Positions 48,340 through 61,994 are shown, numbered from the stretch's first letter. The stretch: 64,000 nt of DNA from Squalus acanthias (GCA_030390025.1 CM059425.1:174656001-174720000), one strand, 5' to 3'. The notes: generated from the letters alone by a model not told the origin. Numbers and translations are program-made.

Positions 48340-49457
48340 CAATAATTCCATATACATTCCAATGCATCTCTCATTATTACATCTGTTTTTGGTTCCATTG
48401 TGGTTGCATTAGAATTGGAGTACATACTTTGGCTATGTTATACTGGCTCTGTTAAAAGATCTTTAAAAATTAAGATACATGGGAGGATCACCCATTAATG
48501 CTTTGTAGAACACCAGGATTATGTTATGCACATTTTTGCATGTTGCATAACAGAGCTAGCAAGTATTTATGTGGAAAAGCAATGAGCAGTGCTGGTGTCC
48601 CTAAAATTAGGAATAATTCCGAATGGTTACACTGTACATTCAGGACCAAAGAACAGATGAATTTACGTTGCTCTGGTTCACTGTGCAATATAACTGGAAT
48701 TTTAGATTCCTCATAGTAATGGTGTGAGTAGTCTTGGAATGGTACTGGAGTTCACCTTTTTATTCCTTTTGCTCATCTCAAGATATTCATGACGCGGCCG
48801 CACAACTTTCTATCCTGACTCTCTGTGTCCGATACAGCAAAAGTGTAGCAGCCAAACTATGTACTCCATTCTAATGCAATCGCAATACCGATGTAACAAG
48901 GGATGTTAGAATTTGTATAGAATCATTGTGGATTGGAACATTGAGTTCTGCATTATTGTAAATGCTACAGATCTGCAACTTGTACTCTGCGTGAGTTGTA
49001 TTTGAGTCACTGAGTACAACTGGAAATGTTTTTTTATTTCTTCAGACTAACTGCTGCTGTTTTTATTTTGGCTCCAACTTTAGTCCTTTACTTATGAAGG
49101 TTCTTGGACTTGCCATCTCCTCTGATTTCAAATGAAACTTCATTATTTCCATTATTGCTGAAGCTCAATGTCCTGCTACATGTTACTCTCTCAACATTTA
49201 GAAATCAGTCTGTCCAAAACTTGAATATTGCTTCCATACCTGGGGAGGTTCTTCTACCCAACCGCCCCCGCCCCCGCCCCCCACACTCCTGGATAGGGTA
49301 CAAGAAAAAGTGTTGCACTGGATGGGCAGTATCTTCCTCACCTCTTGTTCATTCATTCTCTTTTTTCCCCCCTCATCGCTCTTTTATGGATGCTATTTGG
49401 TCAGTCGTCTGAAGCGTCCTACTGAACTCCAAATACACTACCTCGTTCTTGCAGGTG

Positions 49458-49892
49458 TCAACTTGTATTAATGGTAGCGCTCTCACCTCTGAGTACAAAG
49501 GTTGTGGATTCAAGCCCCATTTCAGGATTTGAGCATATAATCTCGGTTAATGCTTCAATGTATAACTGAGGGAATACTTTATTATCAGAGGCGTCTTTCT
49601 ATGAGACATTAAACTGAGGCCCCATGCATTTATTTAGGTGGATATAAAAGATACCACAGCACTATTCTAAGAGGAGCAAGAGAATCCTCCCAGTATCCTG
49701 ATCCACACTTATCCCTAATCAACACTACCAGAACAGATTAACCAGTCATTTATCTTTATTTACTGTTGAACATAGCATTGTGCAAATTGGCTATTGCATT
49801 TGCCTACATCATGACGATTACAGTTCAAAAGTAATTCATTGGCTGCAAAGCACTTTAGGATGACCATTAGGATGTGGAAAAAATGCAAGTTC
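49458..49892 (+). mobile_element. Older tRNA-derived Deu-type SINE
   Basis: GGATTCAAGCCC B box (~49507), degenerate core and tail AAATGCAAGT. Confidence 0.7.
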
Positions 49893-50378
49893 TCGCCCCT
49901 CCCCCCAATCCTCGGTGTGTTGAAATCAAGATTCGTCACAGTTTTCTATTCAACTCATTTTTCCCAGATTCTCAAAACTAGAATTCCTTATCATCTTCAG
50001 TGTTTCAGTCTTCAGGCTTTCAGTTTAGCTGCATCTGGATTTAATTGATCATTTCTTTCGTTCTTTTCAGTCTTGATGATGTCCTGAGTTTGGGTCTTGG
50101 TTCTCCATCTTGGTTTGTGAATTTAAAAAAAAGTCTAAGCTGTTATACTTGGCTGTGCCGTCTCTGTAATTTTGCTGGTTCAAAGCTGCCTATCTGCCAT
50201 CAGTCTTTTGATGCTTTTAAAAGAAAATTAAATAAGTTTTAATTGGAAGGTAAGATCTGTTCTGTCAAAATAAGTTACTGTTAAAAGTGACAGAATTATG
50301 CATAGTAAAGATTCCCATTTCAGATTTTTTTATGTGTGAATTTTGTGCTCCTCAATGTGAGTAAATTAAGGGTAGGAC

Positions 50379-51329
50379 ATGGCAGGGCAGCTCGGCAGTG
50401 TGGAGTGCTCCTCCTGTGCTATGTGGGAAGTCAGGGACACTTTCGGCATCCAGGGTGAACACGTGTGCAGGAAGTGTCTCCAGCTGCAGCTACTCGAAAT
50501 CCGCGTTTCGGATCTGGAGCTGCGGCTGGAGTCACTGTGGAGCATCCGCGAGGCTGAGATCTACGTGGATAGCACGTTTAACGAGGTGGTCACACCGCAG
50601 GTAAAGAGTGCACAAGCAGAAAGGGATTGGATGACCGCCAGACAGAGTAAAAGAACTAGGAAGGTAGTGTAGGAGTCCCCTGGGACCATCTCCCTCTCCA
50701 ACAGATTGTCCGTTTTGGATACTGCTGGGGGAGATGGTTTCTCAGGGGAATGCAGCAAGAGCCAAGTCCATGGCACTACGAGTGGCTCAGCTGCACAGGA
50801 GGAGAGGAAAAAGAGTGGGAAAGCAATAGTGATAGGGGATTCTATCGTAAGGGGAACAGATAGACGTTTCTGTGGCTGCAGACGTGACTCCAGGATGGTA
50901 TGTTGCCTCCCTGGTGCCAGGGTCAAGGATGTTACTGAGCGGCTGCAGGACATTCTGAAGGGGGAGGGTGAACAGCCAGAGGTCATGGTCCATATCGGTA
51001 CCAATGACATAGGTAGAAAGAGGGATGTGGTCCTGCAAGCGGAATATAGGGAGCAAGGAAATAAATTAAAAAGCAGGACTGCAAAGGTAATAATCTCAGG
51101 ATTACTCCCAGTGCCACGTGCTAGTAAGAGTAGAAATAGGAGAATAGACCAGATGAATGCGTGGCTGGAGAGATGGTGTAGGAGGGAGGGATTTTAATTC
51201 CTGAGGCATTGGGACCGATTCTGGGGAAGGTGGGACCTGTACAAGCTGGACGGATTACACCTCGGCAGAACCGGGACCAATATCCTCGCAGGGGGGTTTG
51301 CTAGTGCTGTTGGGAAGGACTTAAACTAG
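50379..51329 (+). pseudogene. CR1 ORF1: zinc finger, coiled coil and SGNH esterase
   Basis: CSSC..CRKC, heptad leucines, GDSIVRG, HIGTND, DGLH; stops at 50670 and 51195. Confidence 0.9.
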
Positions 51330-51386
51330 TTTGTCAGGGGGCTGGGAACCCAAGTAGGCCCAGAACGGAGAGAAACAAAGCTGAAA

Positions 51387-54289
51387 GTGCAAGTTAGAAA
51401 AGTAGTCGTCAAAACTAGTGGGGAGCACAAACAAAGGCCAACAGTAAAGAGGGACAAAGTGCAGAAAAATATTAAACAGGCCAAGTTGAAGGCACTTTAT
51501 CTAAATGCATGTAGCATTCGCAACAAGGTGGATGAATTAATGGCACTAATAGAAGTAAATGGGTACGATGTAATTGCCATTACAGAGACATGGTTGCAGG
51601 GTAACCAAAGCTGGGAACTGAATGTTCCAGGGTACTCGACATTTAAGAAGGACAGACAAAAAGGAAAAGAAGGTGGCGTAGTGCTGTTAATAAGGGATGA
51701 GATTGGTATGGTAGAGATAAAAGATCTTGGCTCGGCAGATTGTGATGTAGAACTGGAATCAGTTTGGGTGGAGCTAAGAAACGGCAAAGGGTGGAAAGCA
51801 TTGGTGGGAGTTGTGTATTGGCCACCAAACAGTAGTGGTAATGTAGGGCACAGTATCAATCAAGAAATTAGAAGTGCATGTAACAAGGGCAATACGGTAA
51901 TCATGGGGGACTTTAATCTACATATTGACTCGGCAAATCGAATTACCACTGATGGTGTGGAGGACGAATTCTTGGAATGCATGCGAGATGGTTTCCTGGA
52001 TCAGTATGTGGAGGAACCAATCAGGGAACAGGCTATTTTGGATCTGGTACTCTGTAATGAGAAAGGGCTAATCAATAATCTTGTGGTAAAGGGGCCTTTA
52101 GGGACAAGTGACCGTAATATGATTGAATTTTACATCAAGTTTGACAGTGATGTAGTCCAATCTGAAACTAAGGTCTTCAATCTAAACAGGAAACTACAAG
52201 GGTATGAGGGACAAGTTCGCCGTGGTAGATTGGGAGACGACACTGAAAGGTATGAAGGTGGACATACAATGGCTAACATTCAAGGAAATAATGCATAATT
52301 TGCAACAAACATATATTCCTCCAGGGCATAAAAACCCAAAAGGAAAAGTGATCCAACCATGGCTAACAAAAGAAATTAAAGCTAGTATTAAGTCAAAGGA
52401 GGAAGCTTATAAAGCTGCCAGAAAAAGCGGTCAGCCTGAGGATTGGGATCTTTTTTAGAAATCAGCAAAGGGGGACCAAGAAATTGATAAAGAAAGGGAA
52501 TGGAATATGAGCACAAAGTAGCGAAAAATATAAAAACGGATTGTAAAAGCTTCTATAGGTATGTGAAAAGGAAAAGACTGGCGAAGGAAAATGTAGGTCC
52601 TTTACAGTCAGAGACGGGAGAATTTATAACGGGGAATGAGGAAATGGCTTGGAAATTAATTAAATAGTTTGTTTCTGTCTTCACGGAGGAAGACACAAAA
52701 AACCTCCCAGAAATACGAGAAAACCAAGGGTGTGGCGAGAATGAGGAACTTAAAGAAATTATTAGTAGTAAAAAAACAGTACTAGCAAAATTAATGGGAC
52801 CAAAAGTCGATAAATCCCAAGGACCGGATGACCTACATCCTCGGGTTTTGAAAGAGGTGGCCATTGGAATAGTGGACGCATTGGTTGTCATCTTCCAAAA
52901 TTCTATAGATTCTGGAACGGTTCCTGCAGATTGGAGGATAGCAAATGTAACCCCGCTATTTAAGAAAGGAGGGAGAGAGAAAATGGGGAACAACAGACCT
53001 GTTAGCCTCACATCAGTAGTTGGGAAAATGCTGGAATCTATTATGAAGGATGCAATAACTGGGCACTTAGAACTAATAGTAAGATTGGACAGAGTCAACA
53101 TGGATTTATGAAAGGGAAATCCTGTTTAACAAACCTATTGGAGTTCTTTGAGGATGTAACTAGTGGAGTAGACAAAGGGGAACCGGTAGATGTGGTGTAT
53201 TTGGAAGGCCTTCGATAAGGTCCCACACAAGAGGTTGGTGAACAAAATAAGGGCATATGGAATTGGGGGTAATATACAAGCATGGATTGAGAATTGGTTA
53301 ACAGACAGAAAACAGAGTAGGGATAAACGGGTCTTTTTCAGGATGGCAGGCTGTGACTAGTGGGGTGCTGCAAGGATCGGTGCTTGGGCCCCAGCTATTC
53401 ACAATCTATATCAATGATTTGGATGAGGGGACTAAATGTAACATTTCCAAATTTGCTGATGATACAAAGCTAGGTGGCAGTGTCAGTTGTGATGAGGATG
53501 TGAAAAGGCTTCAAGGGGATCTTGACAGGCTCAGTGAGTGGGCGAGAACATGGCAGATGGAATATAATGTGGATAAATGTGAAGTTATCCACTTTGGTAG
53601 GAAAAACAGAAAGGCAGAGTATTTCCTAAATGGCGAAAGATTGGGGAATGCAGATGCTCAAAGGGACCTGGGTGTCCTTGTACATGAGTCACTGAAAGTG
53701 AATGTGCAGGTACAGCAAGCCATTAGGAAGGCAAATGGTATGCTGGCCTTCATTACAAGAGGATTTGAGGACGAGTAAAGAAGTCTTACTCCAATTATAT
53801 AGGACCTTGGTGAGACCACACCTGGAGTACTGTGTACAATTTTGGTCTCCTTACCTGAGGAACGATATACTTGCCACAGAGGGAGTGCAACGAAGGTTCA
53901 CAAGATTGATTCCTGGGATGGCGGGACTGTCGTATGAGAAGAGATTGAGTAAACTAGGCCTGTATTCTCTTGAATTCAGAAGAATGAGAGGGGATCTCAT
54001 TGAAGCATACAAAATTATTACAGGGCTTGATAGGGTGGATGCTGGGAGAATGTTTCCCTTGGCTGGGGAGTCTAGAACCAGGGGCCACAGCCTCAGGATA
54101 AAGGGTAGGCCATTCAGGACTGAGATGAGAAGAAGTTTCTTCACAGAGAGAGTGGTGAATCTTTGGAATTCTCTACCCCAGAGGGCTGTGGAGGCTCAGT
54201 CATTGGGTATATTCAAAACATAAGTCGATAGATTTCTGACTAGTAAGGGCATCAAGGGATATGGTGATAGGGCCGGTGAATGGAGTTGA
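51387..54289 (+). pseudogene. CR1 ORF2: APE endonuclease + reverse transcriptase
   Basis: YLNACSI, ITETW, MGDFN, ILDLVL, SD; RPVSLTS, QGSVLGP, FADD; several frameshifts. Confidence 0.92.
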
Positions 54290-54794
54290 GGCAGAAGATC
54301 AGCCATGATCTCATTGAATGGCGGAGCAGGCTCGAAAGGCCGAATGGCCTACTCCTGCTCCTATTTCTTATGTTCTTATGATTATTTGTGCTGTTGAATG
54401 GAATATGAACTATTTTGGGCACCCAATGTCAGAATCACCCAGAACAATTTAGCACAGTTAGAGAAAGACTTTCTCTGCTCAGCCCTGCCCCAACAAGATA
54501 TCTCATCTTTAACCTCAGAAGAGCATTCCTATTGTGCCAACATAATATTTTTCTGTTTCCTATACAGTCCCTGAAAAGCCCCCAGGTGAGATTGCTAGGG
54601 GTAGTTTTGTGCATAGGCCCACAGCACATTAGAAACTGGATTAAGACTGGCTAAGTTTCTTTCAAATAGGACCTGTTTTTAAAAAAAAACCAGAAGATAG
54701 AAATGACTTTCATCATTTCAGCTGGATTTGAACACCGGCCCAACAGGTGAATGAGCAGAGTTTGAGTAATTGAGGTGCTAATCATGCAGTCTCT

Positions 54795-55112
54795 TGTTCA
54801 CTGGGGAGATCATATACAGATTAGGTGACCACTTTGAACAGCTCCATTCGGTTTGCAAGTGAGAACCTGAGCATTTTGTGGCTTGTCATTTTAACTCCTT
54901 CTCCCATTCTTTGGCTTCCTACACTGTTCCGGTGAACAACAATTTGCATTTATATAGCGCCTTTAACATAGTAAAACTTCCCAAGACGCTTCACAGGAGC
55001 ATTATCAGACAAAATTTAATACCGAGCCACATAAGATATAATAAAACTTCTTACCTTTCTCCTGAGCACTCTGCAGTTATCTGGCCTGAACATTGAGTTT
55101 AGTAACTTCAGA
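54795..55112 (+). mobile_element. Old Penelope GIY-YIG fragment interrupted by an L2/SINE tail (~54934-55035)
   Basis: VACHFNS and GLNIEFSNFR remnants matching 18910-19239. Confidence 0.6.
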
Positions 55113-55994
55113 CCGCGGGCTATGTCCTCCATCTTATTTATAGATGGGATTGGTGATGATGTGGAATAGGTATGTGGAATAGGTATGTGGTATCAGGACA
55201 TAAAGGAGGTGGTCTGATGGTTGGGGTGGAACCCCTTCATCAGAACACCGTGCTGGCAGGTATCTGTGTCCTTCAGTGTTGCCTATTTTATTTTCTCTCT
55301 TCAGGATTGGAAGAGCCATTGATGGGAATTTTCTGCTTTGGTCTTTCTCATGTCGGGTGAGGGTGGGGGTGGATTCTGCTTCCTTGGCCTGTGAATTTCC
55401 TGACATGAAATTGATTGTTGGGCAGGGTTGTGGGCTGGGGCTGTAGGGTTTGCTGGTGTGCACTCCAGGTATGATCTGGGGACCATGATGAGAGAATCCT
55501 AGCTGCTGTATTTTGCCAGCAGTTTTTGTTTCAATTTCAGAATTGATCTGCAGACTTTTTATGATTTTAGTTTCTCCCATTTTGTCGCATTTTCCTTTGG
55601 TGTGCCTGTTACTGCTGAAGCTAATACTATTTGTTTCCTTCATGTCTTCAATTTCTTTAAAGCTTAGACTGGACCAGACTTTTTGAAGGAAGAATGCAGA
55701 GGAGTAGTGAAACAATTTCAATATAAAATAACTTATACATTTGGCAAGAAATACAGTAGAGAAAGAAAGAGACCCATGTGGGCAACAAGGAAAGTACTTC
55801 AAGGGCTAACAACAACAAAAAAAGCTTTCTTTAAGTATAAAGCCACTTGTAAGCCATCAGACAGTGTTGAACGTGAGATGGCAATTTCAAGGGGGTGGCC
55901 CTAAATATTGGTTGGGGAGTTTACATGGAGGGAGAGATTAAGGGAGGAACGGAGGGCACTGAACTCAGGAGGGAGAGCATGATGAATTGAGATG

Positions 55995-58900
55995 GATCAT
56001 AGAATAGTACAGCACAGAAGGAGGCTATTCGGCCCATTGAGTCTGCACTGGCTCTTTTGAAGAGTAATCTAGTTAGCCCCACTCCCCTGCTCTTTCCCCA
56101 TATATTTTTCTCCTTCAAGTATTTATCCAGTTCTCTTTTGAAGGCTGCTATTGAATCTATCCACCACCCGATCAGGCAGTGCATTCCAAATCTTAACCAC
56201 TCGTTGTGTAAAAAAGTTTTTCCTCATGTCGCCTCTGGTTCTTTTGCCTTAAATTTGTGACCTTTGGTTATCGACCCTTCAGTCATTGGAAACAGTTTTG
56301 CTTTATTTACTCTATCTAAAGCCTTCATGATTTTAAACACCTCTACCAAATCTCCTCTTAGCCTTCTCTGCTTCAAGGAGAACAACCCCAGTTTCCCCAC
56401 GTAACTGTATTCCCTCATCCCTGGAGCCATTCTAGTAAATCTCTTATGTACCCTCTCCAAAACCTTCACGTCCTTCTTAAAGTGTGGTGCCCAGAATTGG
56501 ACACAATACTCCAGCTGGGGCCAAACTAGTGTTTTATATAGGTTAAGCATAACTTCGATCTCTATTTTGGTCCCTAATCGGCCCCACCGCTCCTCTGACA
56601 ACCCTTTTACTGTGATTATGCCTATAGAAGACCTTTGAATTCCCTTTCATGTTGGCCAATATATTCTTCTACGGTTTCTTTGCCCCTGTTATTTCCTTTT
56701 TCACTTCTCTCTACTTTTTATATTCAGCCTGATTCTCCCTTGTATTATCAAGCTAATAACTTTCATACACCCCCTTTTTTTTGCTTCATCCTGCTCTCCA
56801 ACTCATTCGTCATAGAAACATAGAAACATAGAAGATAGGAGCAGGAGTAGGCCATTCAGCCCCTCGAGCCTGCTCCGCCATTCAATGAGATCGTGGCTGA
56901 TCATCCAAATTCAGTACCCTGTCCCTGCCTTCTCTCCATATCCCTTGATCCCTTTAGTTTTAAGAAATATATCTAACTCCTTCTTGAATATATTTAATGA
57001 ATTGGCCTCTACTGCCTTCTGTGGTAGAGAATTCCACAGGTTCACCACTGTCTGGGTGAAGAAATTCCTCCTCATCTCTGTCCTAAATGGCTTACCCCTT
57101 ATCCTTAGACTGTGATCCCTGGTTCTGGACTCCCCGGCCATCGGGAACATCCTTCCTGCATCTAGTCTGTCTCGTCCTGTTAGAATTTTATAAGTTTCAA
57201 TGAGATCCCCTCTCATTCTTCTAAACTCCAGTGAGTATAAGCCTAATCGACCCAATCTCTCCTCATATGCCATTCCTGCCATCCCGGGAATCAGCCTGGT
57301 GAATCTTCGCTGCACTCCCTCCATGGCAAGAACATCCTTCCTCAGATAAGGCGACCAAAACTGCACACAATACTCAAGGTGTGGTCTCACCAAGGCCCTG
57401 TACAACTGCAGCAAGACATCCTTGTTCCTGTACTCGAACCCTTTCGCTACGAAGGCCAACATACCATTTGCCTTCTTAACCGCCTGCTGCACCTGCATGC
57501 TTACCTTCAGCGATTGGTGCACAAGGACACCCAGGTCTCGTTGCACTTCCCCTTCTCCCAATCTATTGCCATTCAGATAATCTGCCTTCCTGTTTTTGAT
57601 ACCAAAGTGGATAACCTCGCATTTATCCACATTATATTGCATCTGCCATGCTTCTGCCCAATCACCCAACCTGTCCAAATCATACTGGAGTTTCTCGGCA
57701 TCCTCCTCACGGCACACACTCCCACCCAGCTTTGTGTCGTCTGCAAACTTGGAGATATTACATCCAATTCCCTCGTCTAGATCATTAATATATATTGTGA
57801 ATAGCTGGGGTCCTAGGACCGATCCCTGCGGTACCCCACTAGTCACCGCCTGCCACTCGGAAAAAGACCCATTTATTCCAACTCTTTGCTTTCTGTCTGC
57901 CAACCAGTTCTCTATCCAAGTCAATACCTTGCTCCCAATCCCATGTGCCTTAACTTTACACGCTAATCTCTTATGCGGGACCTTATCGAAAGCCTTCTGA
58001 AAGTTCAAATACACCACATCCACTGGTTCTCCCTTATCCATTTTACCAGTTACATCCTCAAAAAATTCCAGTAGATTAGTCAAGCACGATTTGCCTTTTG
58101 TAAATCCATGTTGACTTTGTCCGATCCTGTCACTGTTTTCCAAGTGCTCTGCTATTACATCTTTTATAATGGACTCTAGCATTTTCCCCACTACCGATGT
58201 CAGGCTTACTGGTCTATAATTCCCCGTTTTCTCTCTACCACCTTTTATTGAATAGTGGGGTAACATTAGCTACCCTCCAATCCATGGGTACTGTTCCAGA
58301 GTCTATAGAATTTTGGAAGATGACCAGCAATGCATCTACTATTTCTAGGGCCACTTCCTTAAGTACCCTAGGCTGTAGATTATCAGGCCCTGGGGATTTA
58401 TCGGCCTTCAATCCCGTCAATTTCCCTACAAATACTGATTTATTTCAGTTCCTCCTTCTCATTTGACCCTATGTTCCCTGACATCTCTGGGAGGTTATTT
58501 GTGTCCTCCTTTGTGAAGACAGAACCAAAGTATGTATTTAATTGGTCTGCCATTTCTTTGTTCCCCATTATAAATTCCCCTGATTCTGACATCCAGGGAG
58601 CTCTGGCTTTGGTTACCCTCCCTTTCCCCCTTGTGGGAATGTATCTTGACTGTACCCGAACTATCTCCTCTTTAAAGGCAGCCCATTGCTCCATTACATT
58701 TGTGCCTGCCAGTCTTTGACTCTAATTTACCCGGGCCAATTCCCTCCTCAATTAGCTGAAGTTAGCCCTCCTCCAGTTAAGTATTTTTATTCTAGATTGC
58801 TCCTTGTCCTTCTCCTTCTCCATAATTGATCTAAATCTTGCGATACTAATGATCACTATTCCAGAGATGCTTCCCCACTGTGACGATCTCCACTTGACCG

Positions 58901-59070
58901 ACTTCAACCCCAGGATTAGATCCAGCAAATCCTCCTTCCTCGTTGGGCAGGAAACATACTGATCAAGAAAATTCTCTGGAACACACTTCAGAATTTCCTC
59001 CCCTTCTCTGCCCTTAACACAATCACGGCCCCATTCAATATTGGGGTATTTAAAGTCTCATTATCACCAC
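55995..59070 (-). mobile_element. Older CR1 LINE (APE/linker plus 3' end), interrupted by young CR1
   Basis: Linker reads ..KARAPWM (58590+) and resumes TNELESRMKQKK..GPIRDQ (below 56811); 3' ORF 56224-56601. Confidence 0.8.
56811..58589 (-). mobile_element. Young CR1 LINE, 5'-truncated, with an open 451-aa RT frame (56911-58266)
   Basis: Complete RT motifs [36 protein letters not shown]; tail (CATAGAAA)n on + strand. Confidence 0.95.
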
Positions 59071-59074
59071 GCTA

Positions 59075-59388
59075 ATGTTTCCACTGGCGGGAGGGTTGAT
59101 GACCAGAGGACACAGAATTAAAATGATTTGCAAAAGAACCAGAAGGGGATGAGAGAATTATTTTTGACACAGCAAGTTGTTATGATCTGGAATGCGTTGC
59201 CTGCGAGGTTGGTGGAAGCAGATTTAATAGTAACTTTCAAAAGGAAATGGGATATATACTTATGAAGGAAAAATTTGCAGGGCTATGTGGAAAAAGCACG
59301 GGAGCGGGACTAATTGGTTAGCTCTTTTAAAGAGCCGGCACAGGCATGATGGGCTGAATGGCCTCTTCCTGTGCTGTATGATTCTATG
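59075..59388 (+). mobile_element. CR1 3' fragment
   Basis: TRGH..WNALP remnants; tail GGGCTGAATGGCC..TATGATTCTATG. Confidence 0.75.
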
Positions 59389-60774
59389 TGAAAGGCTTTT
59401 TCAATATATTTGCAGTAAGCATGCATGTAGAGAAATAGTGGGAAGGACTCAAAGGGATTTTTGTTTAAATTTGTTTCTTGCATGTAGGCGACACTGGTGA
59501 GCCAATATTTCTTGTGTCATGCAAGAGGAATGTTGAAACCTTAGAGTTTGAGGGAATGTTAAATTAAGCTGTTGAGTAATTTTCAGTAATTTTTATTCTT
59601 TTGAACTTTTTATTTGAAAATTTCCAAGTATTTAGCATGCAGGGGACAATTCAGTACATCAATTTAGATTTAATCTCAAATAAACTGTTGCTTTTCTGTT
59701 ATTCAAAGGTTTTCATTATACAGACAGGAAACTCCCTGTCTATTAGTAAAAGTTGAGATTAAAAGTGTTATAATTTCTCATTTTACAAAAATGTAAATAC
59801 CATGTTTTCTGAAATATTGTACTGTGCAATTTCTCAGTATTGCATCAATAATTTGTTATTATACAGTAGATGGGTATCTTCATCTTTATACTGAAATCTT
59901 CTCGAACGGAGTGACTGCTGCCAATGAACTGGAAGCTGTGCAGAATCATTCTGCGCATAAATGTCAGGTCCCAAATATGAAAAAGTAACATTCACCACAA
60001 CAGACAGATTGCGATAAGCACACTTGGCAAGAGTACAATAAAACTCTCAAAAGCTGACGACATCCTAATATCACCTTCAAGTCACATTTCCTCGTGAAAT
60101 TGTACTGGAAGTTTTAGCAGTTCATTCTGATGAATTAATCACACCGCTGCCACACTCTCTCTTCTCGCGTTTTTTCTCCACCCTCCCTCTCGTTTTCCTC
60201 CCTAGTCTCTTTGTCTAGCGCCTCTCTCTCTATCTCTCTGCATTGTGTCTACTCTCTCTCTCAATGATCCTTTTCCCAGCCGATTAAATCCTAACATCCT
60301 GCGCCTGCATTTTGTTCACCAGCTGTGTGTTCAAACCACAACAGACAGAGGACATGATTGCGATAAACACACCCCGTGAGAGTACAAGCTAACAACATCC
60401 TAATATCACCTTCAAGTCATATTACAGACCTCTCAATACCTGAAATTTCCACCCCTCACCTTTCTCACTAATCTGTGGGAAGTCTGGCCAGAATAAACAA
60501 AAAACCACTGGAACTGCGCATGCGTAGCTACTTTATGTTGTTGGCAGCAGTTGCATCCCTCCTAGAAAGGTGGGGGGGGGGGGGAGGGGAGGGGGAAAAG
60601 AGAAAAGGAATTTTGGTATGATATTGCCACCTATTTATGAGCAGTAAGTTATCATCTCAGTAACAATAATAACTTTCATTAATAATAGTGTTTTTAATGC
60701 AGCAAAACATCCCCAGGTGTACTCTACCAGATTTAATACATCTGTACCAGTAGTACAAGGAAACCTAAAAAAAA

Positions 60775-61990
60775 TAAGTCAAGGGAGGAACTTAGTGGAT
60801 TTTTTTTTAAATTGGTACTGGAGAAAATAATGGGACTTAAGACAAATCTCCAGAAACTGATGGTTTCCACCCCAAGGTATTAAAAGAACAGGTGTGTGCC
60901 TTTTGATTGTAAAATTGGAAATGTCACTTCATTAATTAAGAAGGGAGTGAGGAAGAAATTGGGTAACTACAGACCTGTCAGTTTAATATCAATTATGGGG
61001 AAGTTACGGGAATCTATGATCCGAGACAGAGCACACATGTATCAGCTGATCAAAGTGTCTGCATGGATTTGTGAATGTTAGGTCATGTCTGACTAACCTA
61101 ATTGATTTTTTTGAGGAGTTCGCTAGCACAATGGATGTTGTCTGTGGAAGGCATTTGATAATGTTCTGCACAAGAGATTATCAGCAAAAATTAAAGTGGA
61201 TGGAATTGAAGGCAACCATGCAACATGGGTTGATAATTGATTGGGAGGTAAGAGAGAGTAGGTTTAAATGTTTCGTTTTCTGATTATCAGGATGCGACAA
61301 GTGATCCCCAGGGATCTGTACCGGGGCTACAGTTTTTCACTATGTATAATGATTTGGATGAAGGAATAGAGAGTTGTATATCCAAGTTTGCAGATGGCAG
61401 TAAGTTTTGTGGATGGGAGCAGGAAGCTACAAAGGGCCATAGACAGACAAAGTGAGTGGGCAAAACTATAGCAGATGGAATTCAATGTGAGGAAGTGTGA
61501 GGCCATCCACTTGAGATCTGAGCAAGCAAATCAGAAAATTTTCTTAATGAGAGACCAGCAGCTGTGGAGGAACAAAGGGATTTAGGTGTCCATGTACACA
61601 AATGAAAGGCTAGTACTCGGGTAGAAAAAGTAATCAAAAAGGCTAATGGAATGTTGGCCTTCATCTCAAGCGGGTTGGGATACAAAAGTGAGGAAGTGCT
61701 GCTTCAGTTGTACAGAGCCTTGGTTGGACCCCATCGGGAGTGCTGTGTTCAGTTTTGGGCATAGAACCTCAGTAAAGATATATTTGCCGTAAAAGTGGTA
61801 AAGCTGAGATTCACCAAAATAATAGCGGGACCTAAAGGGTTAAATTGTGAGGACAGGCTGTATAATCTTGGCTTGTATGCCCTTGAGTTTAGAAGGTTGA
61901 GGGGTGATCTAATTGAGGTGTTCAAAATTATGGAAGAATTCAATAGGTTAGATACAGAGTTAGTATTTCTTATAGTGGGGGAATCCAGAA
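60775..61990 (+). mobile_element. Old CR1 RT fragment
   Basis: NYRPVSLISI, SCLTNLIDFFE, KFAD, LEFRRLRGDLIEVFK. Confidence 0.85.
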
Positions 61991-61994
61991 CATA

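Larger units (their letters stand above)
50357..54380 (+). mobile_element. Near full-length CR1 LINE (ORF1 + ORF2), inactivated
   Basis: ORF1 50379-51329, ORF2 ~51387-54289, tail (TTCTTATG)2. Confidence 0.95.

Noticed and set aside
55134..55802. 222-aa minus-strand ORF
   Set aside because: No recognisable domain, low-information composition, overlaps decayed repeat sequence
58440..58694. Template-switch chimeric LINE
   Set aside because: The older element continues on the other side (below 56811), so this is simple nesting
59867..59987. Candidate exon in phase with ATGG at 25213 (VDGYLHLYTEIF...)
   Set aside because: Weak splice signals, unrecognised peptide, adjoins a duplicated and possibly low-quality segment
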